Source: Pseudomonadales bacterium (GTDB lineage Bacteria > Pseudomonadota > Gammaproteobacteria > Pseudomonadales > Pseudohongiellaceae). Taken from it: 64,000 nucleotides of DNA. How positions within the stretch are numbered: the stretch's first letter is position 1; each line of letters opens with the position of its first letter. The stretch lies in the NCBI GenBank assembly GCA_023256835.1, contig JALREE010000167.1:1915-65914 (forward strand), given 5' to 3'. Of the stretch, positions 55,753 through 62,660 are shown in pieces. The translations under genes and the position numbers were made by a program. The notes beneath the pieces are model-generated. The model ran no database searches. It had not been told where the DNA came from and worked only from the letters and a program-made list of their open reading frames with translations.

Positions 55753-57075
55753 TTACTTCTTGTCTGCTTTTGCCGCGTCCGGCTTGATTGCGTCGTCGTA
55801 ACTGACGCGTTTTTCCTTCACTTTGGCTCCCGCGAGAATGGCTTCGAATGCCTGGTCTTCCAGTACTGAAGACTCGACCGAGGCCAATTGCTCCTTGTTG
55901 CTGTAGTACCAGCGCACGACCTGTTCGGGCGTTTCGTAAGTCGAGGCGATGTCTTCAATGGTCGACTTCACCAGAGCAGGATCCGCCTTCAGACCACGGC
56001 TCTTGATCACCTCGCCCAGAATCAGCCCCAGTGCAATCCGTTTCTGCGCTTGTTCCACGAAAAGATCGTCGGGAAGCAGCGAAGGATCGATATTCTGCTT
56101 GCCACCACCAAACTGTTGCAGCGCTTGCTGACGCAGCGCGTTGATCTCGCCCTGCACGAGACTCCTGGGCAGGGTGACCTTGTTCTGCTCCAGCAGCTGT
56201 TCCATCAGGCGACTTTTCACCTTGGCCTTGCTGGCATTCTTGAGTTCACGCTCCATATTGGCGGCGACTTCCTTGCGGAAGGCTTCCAGCCCACCCTCCT
56301 CGATGCCGAACACGGCGAAGAACTCTTCGTTGAGCTCAGGCAGTACGGGAGCGCTGACGGAATTGATCTTGATCTCGAACTTGACGGGTTTGCCGGCAAG
56401 ATCCTTGTTCTGATAATCGTCCGGGAACACCAAGTTCAACACCACTTCATCACCGGCTTTCTTCTTGGTCAAACCCTTCTCGAAACCCTCGATCATGCGC
56501 TGCGAGCCGAGAATGAGGTTGGCGCCCTTGGCAGAACCTCCAGCGAATTCCTCACCATTCATGGTGCCAACGTAGTCAATGTTCAAGCGATCCTTGTTCT
56601 TGCTCTGACGAGTGACAGGGTCCCACGTCTGACGCTGTTGACGCAGGGTTTCAATCATCTTGTCGATGTTCTCGTCCTCGACCTGCGACACCAGCTTTTC
56701 GACTTTCAACTCCTTGAAATCACCAAGAGTGACTTCGGGGAACACCTCGAAAGTAGCGACATACTCGAGATCCTTGCCTTCGGCGATGGACCTGGGCTCG
56801 ATGCGCGGCTGTCCGGCGGGCTTCAGATTCTGCTCGGCAATCGCCTGATAATACGTGCGACTCATGACTTCGCCGACCACTTCCTGGCGCACCCCTTTGC
56901 CATAGCGCCCCTTGATCACCTTCAAAGGGATCTTGCCCTTGCGGAAACCGTTGAGGCGCACATTGCCCGCCGCTTCCTGAAGCTTGGCCATGACGGCACT
57001 TTCGACGACTGCAGCGGGCACACCGACTGTCATTCGTCGCTCGAGTTCGGAAATTGTCTCGATGGAAACTTGCAT
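55753..57075 (-). CDS. tig: trigger factor
   Basis: 440 aa, MQVSIETISELERRMTVGVPA...GFRKGKIPLKVI ribosome-binding signature, with a central FKBP-type domain. Confidence 0.96.
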   Translation of the reverse strand: MQVSIETISELERRMTVGVPAAVVESAVMAKLQEAAGNVRLNGFRKGKIPLKVIKGRYGKGVRQEVVGEVMSRTYYQAIAEQNLKPAGQPRIEPRSIAEGKDLEYVATFEVFPEVTLGDFKELKVEKLVSQVEDENIDKMIETLRQQRQTWDPVTRQSKNKDRLNIDYVGTMNGEEFAGGSAKGANLILGSQRMIEGFEKGLTKKKAGDEVVLNLVFPDDYQNKDLAGKPVKFEIKINSVSAPVLPELNEEFFAVFGIEEGGLEAFRKEVAANMERELKNASKAKVKSRLMEQLLEQNKVTLPRSLVQGEINALRQQALQQFGGGKQNIDPSLLPDDLFVEQAQKRIALGLILGEVIKSRGLKADPALVKSTIEDIASTYETPEQVVRWYYSNKEQLASVESSVLEDQAFEAILAGAKVKEKRVSYDDAIKPDAAKADKK

Positions 57076-57376
57076 GAATTACCCTCTACTAACGGCGTGC
57101 TTTTATTGTCCGCCTGTCATTGTCATTCTGAAAATCATCAATCTACGGCACTATCGTGAAGTGGCCGGTTGACGTCTTCGCTGTGATTGCCTGAAGCCGC
57201 TGTGCTTGCCAGACTGTGCGCTTTCTGCTTAAGTTCTTATAATTCAAGAGCTTAAGGGGAATTCCACGGCTTCTGAAGTGGGCGATTCTCCCATACTGCC
57301 TGTATATATTCAATTGTGAATATTGTGACCAATCATCTGATGTACTTGCAAACTCCACGCATTCCCGCGATTCGAG

Positions 57377-58012
57377 TTGACCATGAAGCGCGCTGACATA
57401 GGCGTTTGCGGTGTCATCCTTGCGGGAGGTCGTGGCTCACGCATGCACTATCGGCAAAAAGCGCTCATGGCTGCAGGAGACAAGACCATCATCGAATGGA
57501 TCATCGAAACCGCCAGGGTTCAAACCGACAGACTCCTCATCAACGTCAACAGAGACTTCGAGCTGTATGAGCCCTACGAACTCCCCTTAATCAAGGATCT
57601 CGTCAGCACGGATTCCGGCCCCCTCGCGGGTATTCATGCAGCCATGCGCTGGTGCCGCGAGAATGAACCCGCGTGCACGCATGTCGCTTGTTTCCCTGGC
57701 GACGTCCCGTGGTTCGACGGCGATCTCGTGGAGCGTCTCGCGACCGTGATGCTTCGGGACAACGCCAGAATTGGCTGGCTGCAGACGCGAGAGCAATGGC
57801 AGCCTCTGTTCTCAGTCTGGGAAGCAGGACTCGTAGAGTGCCTGGCGGAGGCATTGGAAATGGAACTTTACAGCCCCTTGCAGTTCATCAGATCCCAGCC
57901 TAACACCCTGTTGACCCTGGCCACCCCAGCGCTGGGGCATTACCTGAATATCAACACAGACGAGGATCTTGTCATTGCGAACGAGATTGCCCGCGGGCGC
58001 TTCGAACGTTGA
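57377..58012 (+). CDS. mobA: molybdenum cofactor guanylyltransferase
   Basis: GVILAGGRGSRM...DSGPLAGIHAAM motifs. The track start is TTG. ATG at 57383 is likely. Confidence 0.85.
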   Translation: MTMKRADIGVCGVILAGGRGSRMHYRQKALMAAGDKTIIEWIIETARVQTDRLLINVNRDFELYEPYELPLIKDLVSTDSGPLAGIHAAMRWCRENEPACTHVACFPGDVPWFDGDLVERLATVMLRDNARIGWLQTREQWQPLFSVWEAGLVECLAEALEMELYSPLQFIRSQPNTLLTLATPALGHYLNINTDEDLVIANEIARGRFER

Positions 58013-58113
58013 ATGTCTCGAACTCTTGGTTCCAGAAATGTTTTTTCTTGAAGACCGCATACAAGCCTTTTTTGAATGGATAAATATTGCTCATTCGCGA
58101 CGCAACCTGCACT

Positions 58114-58130
58114 TAACAGGCTGTTGAAAA
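58114..58130. repeat. IS5-family terminal inverted repeat (transposase-distal end)
   Basis: TAACAGGCTGTTGAAAA, the exact reverse complement of 59392-59408. Confidence 0.85.
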
Positions 58131-58290
58131 ATTCTCAGAACTCAGCCTTTCCTGCGCTTGTGACCACCTGAATGAAAATCCGTTCTCGCTCGTATTGCTG
58201 ACAACACTTCATCGCCTGCATTCCACAGAATCAAAAGCGCCTGCAAATCAGCCGCCTCTTCCGCGATTTCCTCACGCAGCAGCACCGCCG

Positions 58291-59382
58291 TCACGTCATT
58301 AAGCTCTTCATGCGGGTAATGTTGTACGCCGCCGCCGTGAAGCGAAAGATCCACGACACCTTGGCCTGACCGCAATGCCGCAGTTTGCGCATCAACCCGA
58401 TGTCCTTCATCCAGCCAAAGCACTCTTCAATTCTCTTGCGTCGCACCTGGCTCATCGCGTACCCACTGGTGCGGGTGGTGCGCCTGTCCAGGCGACTTCC
58501 CTTGATCTTTGCTGCCACATGCGGCGTGACGTTCAAGCCTCGACACCCTTGCACAAACTCCTCAGCGTCATAGCCCTTGTCTGCGCCAACTGTCATGCCG
58601 CAGCGCGTACTCAACTGCGCCAGCAGATTGATCCCCGCATCCCATTCCCAGCGCGTACCCGCTTGCGTGACTTCACTCGCCACGATCAAGCCGTTGCGAT
58701 TCTCGGTCACCAGATGTCCCATGTGACACAGCTTGGTCTGTGCCCCTGCCGCCTTGCGAAACAGCCTTGCATCGCTGTCGGTGCGCGACTCATGCGTGTC
58801 ATTGCTGCGCGGCTTGCCCCGAAAATCACCCCGAGGCTCATCATCCTCGCTGCCGTCCTTGGCGCACAGCGACTTCATCGAGGCACAGGCTTCCAGCAGA
58901 GTCCCATCCACGCTGAAATACTCGCGTGACATCAGCCTCTTCGCATAGGCCTGCTTCTTGATGACCTCGAAGAACAGCACATCGATCTCGTTGAGCATCA
59001 GGCGCTCGCGGTTCTTGGAGAATGTTGAGTGATCCCAGACCCTGTCGTCTATGCAAAGCTCGACAAACCAGCGGAACATCAGGTCGTAATCAATGCGCTC
59101 CACCAACTGCCGCTCGGAGCGAATCGTAAACAGAATCTGCAGCAACATCGCGCGGATCAACTGCTCCGGCGGAATCGAGGCACGCCCGGAACTTGCGTAC
59201 ATCTCCTCGAATGCGTGCTCCATGTCCTTCAGGGCAACATCGACAACATCGCGCACTTTACGAATTGGATGACTTGCAGGAATGCGCGACTCAAGCGTGC
59301 GGTAACTGAACAATGTGTCTTGCGGAGAGACTTCGCCACGCATCTTGTTGCACCTGTTGTGGGATTGCGTGCATTGTCCCAT
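58291..59382 (-). CDS. IS5-family DDE transposase
   Basis: 363-aa ORF (likely start MRGEVSPQDTLFSY at 59343). N-terminal FSY..ESRIPASHPIRKVR domain, DDE region, and typical C-terminal RRKRIEECFGWMK...AAAYNITRM. Confidence 0.9.
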   Translation of the reverse strand: MGQCTQSHNRCNKMRGEVSPQDTLFSYRTLESRIPASHPIRKVRDVVDVALKDMEHAFEEMYASSGRASIPPEQLIRAMLLQILFTIRSERQLVERIDYDLMFRWFVELCIDDRVWDHSTFSKNRERLMLNEIDVLFFEVIKKQAYAKRLMSREYFSVDGTLLEACASMKSLCAKDGSEDDEPRGDFRGKPRSNDTHESRTDSDARLFRKAAGAQTKLCHMGHLVTENRNGLIVASEVTQAGTRWEWDAGINLLAQLSTRCGMTVGADKGYDAEEFVQGCRGLNVTPHVAAKIKGSRLDRRTTRTSGYAMSQVRRKRIEECFGWMKDIGLMRKLRHCGQAKVSWIFRFTAAAYNITRMKSLMT

Positions 59383-59391
59383 GACAGGGGA

Positions 59392-59408
59392 TTTTCAACA
59401 GCCTGTTA
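59392..59408. repeat. IS5-family terminal inverted repeat (transposase-proximal end)
   Basis: TTTTCAACAGCCTGTTA, the exact reverse complement of 58114-58130. Confidence 0.85.
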
Positions 59409-59413
59409 GATCG

Positions 59414-59842
59414 TTAGTAAAGTCGGGAGACCGACTTTATAATTTCCATCTTCTGACGTTCATCAAGATTTAAGAATTGCATTACAAGAAGAAACTTTCT
59501 GCTTGAAAGACGACTGCTAGCGATACATCGGACTTTATAGGTCTTGTTGTTTATTTCAAAAGGGCTGTTACCGCAATTGATTTTCAGTAGAGACTCCGCG
59601 CCAAAAATGCGCCCTTTATTTTTTCTTCGTAAAATTTGAAGCTGCTCGTCACTGATGTAGAGCGAAATGGTTTTTAAGGTGATGTCGATGGATTCAAGAG
59701 TAATCGTCTCATCCACAATCTTCATCTCAACAATTGAATTGAATTCTGGCATTACTGAATACCCGGTAAAAAGCTGGTCGTATGCAGATGGTTTTTTTAG
59801 GCACATTAAAAATCCGGATAAATTTTGACAGCAATATTGCAA
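59414..59842 (-). CDS. hypothetical protein, AT-rich orphan (weak PilZ-like C-terminal pattern)
   Basis: The only long ORF in a markedly AT-rich stretch. Lys/Ile/Asn/Ser-rich. RRKNKGR ... LLVMQFLNLDERQKMEIIKSV loosely resembles PilZ RxxxR and C-terminal elements, but the D/NxSxxG motif is not seen. Start ambiguous (M1, M13, M31 or M40). Confidence 0.4.
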   Translation of the reverse strand: MQYCCQNLSGFLMCLKKPSAYDQLFTGYSVMPEFNSIVEMKIVDETITLESIDITLKTISLYISDEQLQILRRKNKGRIFGAESLLKINCGNSPFEINNKTYKVRCIASSRLSSRKFLLVMQFLNLDERQKMEIIKSVSRLY

Positions 59843-60037
59843 GATGTCGACAATCCGCCAGTCTGCGTTTGATTTTATTACTAGATTTTTAGAAGAAATG
59901 CTGAGCTTTGTTCGGGTGCCTTTTCAAGGTCGCTGGAAATGGCGTGGAATCGCCTAGATGTATTGATTCAATGATTCCTTGCTCAGGGACAATTCTTCCA
60001 TCTGGTGGGGATAAACGTAAACAACATGCGAGACTAA

Positions 60038-61004
60038 GGCTTTCAGCATTGTTCCGCCAAGCGCAAGTCGGCCCTGGTACTGGACATCATCCTGGGCAAG
60101 ACCACCGTAGCTGAAGCCAGCCGCCAATTTGATCTGCCAACCGCCGAAGTCGAGGAGTGGGTCAGTCAAGCCAGGCGCCAGAAGAAAGCTGGATGCCTTA
60201 CTGGGCAGGGACGAGAACTGATCGACCGCGTGCAGCAGGGCTTGAAGGAAGAAGGCTGCAGCGTGTTTGTCAGCCGGTTGTGCCGTTGGTTTGAAGTCGC
60301 GCGAAGGAGCTTCTACTACCGCGTAACCAATTCGGCGCCGAAGGTGCAGCAAGCGCTTGCAGCACCGATAAGGCACTGATTGAGCAGGAACCGTCCTTTG
60401 GTTACCCCACAGTGGCCGGCTTGCTGGAGATGAACAAGAACACGGTGCAGCGCATTTTTCAGCTGAAGGGTTGGCAGGTACGCAAGCGCGCCATCGGGCA
60501 CCGGCTGCGGATTCAGACGCTGCCCTCGGTGGCCACCCGGCCAGAGCAACGCTGGGCTACCGACCTGTGTCGGGTCTGGGGTGGTAGGGACGGCTGACTG
60601 TCCGTGGCGTTGGTGATCGACTGCCACACCCGAGAGCCGCTGGTATGGGACGCTGGGCCGCGTACGGAGCCTTTCCTGCTGTGCTCGGATAATGGCCTGG
60701 TGTTTACCAGCCGGACCTACACACGGCTGGTCAGGAGCTATGGCTTGCAGAAGGAATTCATCACGCCGCACCGCCCGCAGCAGAGCGGCATAGTGGAGCG
60801 CGTGATCCGGACCTTGAAGGAACAGTGTGTGCATCGGCACCGCTTTGAAAGTCTGTAGCATGCCAGCCGCGTCGTCAGCGACTGGATCGGCTGGTACAAC
60901 ACCCTACGCCCTCACCAGGCATTGGGGATCAAGACACCCGCTGAGGCATATACATTAGCGGCCTGACCTGTGCAGAAAGTGCTGTGTCCTTGCAGCGCAG
61001 GTCA
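60038..61004 (+). mobile_element. decayed IS3-family element (5'-truncated transposase pseudogene with frameshifts, stops and an internal deletion)
   Basis: Three frames together read AKRKSALVLDIILGKTTVAEASRQFDLPTAEVEEWV.../KALIEQEPSFGYPTVAGLLEMNKNTVQRIFQLKGWQVRKR...RPEQRWATDL.../VALVIDCHTRE...SDNGLVFTS...ITPHRPQQSGIVERVIRTLKEQC...WYNTLRPHQALG (rve integrase core). Ends in ...CAGGTCA at 61004. Confidence 0.8.
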
Positions 61005-61128
61005 TGTCGAATACGCATCTCTCCGTGTTTTGATGGCTTCGATGCGCGTTGTCAGTTCGCTTGTGTGATCCTGATTTGATAAAGTTTCGTATGTCGCAGT
61101 ATCTACCCTAAATGGAGGAGAGTAAGAA

Positions 61129-61461
61129 ATGCTTAAGTATTTGAAAGTTTTATTTTTATTAGCTTTTACTTCGCTGTCTTTCACGACATTCGCGGCAGAT
61201 TACTACGTGGATATCACGAATAAGACGGGATACACCATCTATTACGTCTATGTAAGTCCAGACAAGTCGGATTCCTGGGAAGAGGATGTTCTAGGCTCTG
61301 AAGTGCTCATGGATGACGATACAAGGCGCATCAACTTGAAAGGTTACAAGAGTCCGATTTTTGATATAAAACTTGTAGACGAGGATGGCGACAGCTACAC
61401 ATTCTGGGACGTCGATGTGTCCGTGAAGGACATTACAGCAACACTCAGTGACATGGATTGA
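61129..61461 (+). CDS. small secreted protein, unknown function
   Basis: 110 aa with a strong GGAGG Shine-Dalgarno 10 nt upstream. Signal peptide MLKYLKVLFLLAFTSLSFTTFA/AD, then an acidic domain of about 87 aa (ITNKTGYTIYYVYVSPDKSDSWEEDVLG). AT-rich relative to flanks. Confidence 0.6.
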   Translation: MLKYLKVLFLLAFTSLSFTTFAADYYVDITNKTGYTIYYVYVSPDKSDSWEEDVLGSEVLMDDDTRRINLKGYKSPIFDIKLVDEDGDSYTFWDVDVSVKDITATLSDMD

Positions 61462-61745
61462 GGTGTCGCAAAGTGACTGGGTTCTCCAGCGCGATTCGGC
61501 AACTTGCAGTGCTATAACAACCTCAGAGTCGCTAAGTCAGTTCGAGAAGTTCAGATCTGCGCGTGTATGGCTTAGTAAGGCATCACCGAAGGCAGTGGGT
61601 AACATTTTTACTTAAATCTGGTCTAGTCGATCTGGTTGCGGTTGTTCTCGTCGATAGCAAGTGCGAGCAGGTGATGCCTAGCGCAAGTCGAGTGGCGTGG
61701 AAATATCTGCTCGCACTTAATTAAAAACCAACTCAGAGCATCACG

Positions 61746-62573
61746 ATGGTGAGGCAGATCTCGGTAGCTCGACGTCAATTCTTGCGCCTCGCTGCACAGA
61801 CAGCCGTGGTCGCTGGCAGCGCAATACCGGTATGGCATTCTTTAGCGGAAGCGGCGTCGGTCTTGCCCGCGGTGCGGGCTCTGGTGTTCGATGTGTTCGG
61901 CACAGTGGTAGACTGGCGCGGCTCGGTTATCCGCGAAGGGCAGCTGCTGGCGGCGCGCAAGGGCTACACCCATGTGGACTGGGCGCAGTTCGCCGATCGC
62001 TGGCGCGCCGGCTACGGCCCGGCGATGAATCGCGTGCGCAGTGGCGAGCTGCCGTGGACGAAGCTGGACGATCTGCACCGCATGGTGCTGAACGAGCTGG
62101 TGCAGGAATTCGGGCTGACGGGCCTCAGCGAGGCCGAACTGACGCATTTCAACGAGGCCTGGCATCGTCTGTCGCCCTGGCCGGACTCCGTGGCGGGCCT
62201 GCTGCGCCTGCGCAACGAATACACCATCGCGCCGCTGTCCAATGGCAATGTCTCGCTGCTGCTGAACATGGCGAAGAATGCCGGCCTGCCCTGGGACACC
62301 GTCCTCTCGGCGGAGCTCTCGTACCACTACAAGCCCGACCCGGAGGCCTATCTGAAGGCGGCAGAGCTGTTCAGCCTGCGCCCGGAGCAGGTGATGCTGG
62401 TGGCGGCGCACCCGAGCGATCTGCGCAGCGCCGCCGAGGCAGGCCTGCGCACGGCCTATGTGCATCGCCCGCTGGAGCGCGGCGCGGAGCGCCCGACGGT
62501 GGCGCCGGCGCGCGATGAATTCGATGTGTTCGCCGAGGACTTCCTCGACCTGGCGCGGCAACTGGGGGCCTGA
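61746..62573 (+). CDS. HAD-superfamily hydrolase, haloacid dehalogenase type II-like, with twin-arginine signal
   Basis: 275 aa with N-terminal ARRQFLRLAAQTAVVAGS Tat-type motif, HAD motif I DVFGTVVDW, later SNGN and YKPDPEAY motifs. Very GC-rich. Confidence 0.8.
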   Translation: MVRQISVARRQFLRLAAQTAVVAGSAIPVWHSLAEAASVLPAVRALVFDVFGTVVDWRGSVIREGQLLAARKGYTHVDWAQFADRWRAGYGPAMNRVRSGELPWTKLDDLHRMVLNELVQEFGLTGLSEAELTHFNEAWHRLSPWPDSVAGLLRLRNEYTIAPLSNGNVSLLLNMAKNAGLPWDTVLSAELSYHYKPDPEAYLKAAELFSLRPEQVMLVAAHPSDLRSAAEAGLRTAYVHRPLERGAERPTVAPARDEFDVFAEDFLDLARQLGA

Positions 62574-62660
62574 GCCCGTCAATTGCCGCAGGCGATGCAA
62601 TCGTTTATCGTCGGCCGCAGCTTCCGGATAGCCGGACATCACAACAACAAGGAACCCCCC

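Larger units (their letters stand above)
58114..59408 (-). mobile_element. IS5-family insertion sequence, apparently intact (about 1.3 kb)
   Basis: 17-bp perfect terminal inverted repeats TAACAGGCTGTTGAAAA (58114-58130 and reverse complement 59392-59408) bracket a single DDE transposase gene. Probable TA flanks. Confidence 0.85.

Noticed and set aside
55888-57159. 423-aa plus-strand ORF
   Set aside because: Antisense to trigger factor. Leu/His/Asp-rich shadow ORF.
58142-58423. 93-aa ORF in the tail of the IS5 element
   Set aside because: It overlaps the 3' end of the transposase gene, which already ends with its normal C-terminal signature. No support for a second IS gene or a frameshifted extension.
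59954-60861. Two minus-strand ORFs (140 and 181 aa)
   Set aside because: They lie antisense to the recognisable IS3-family transposase remnants on the plus strand. No motifs.
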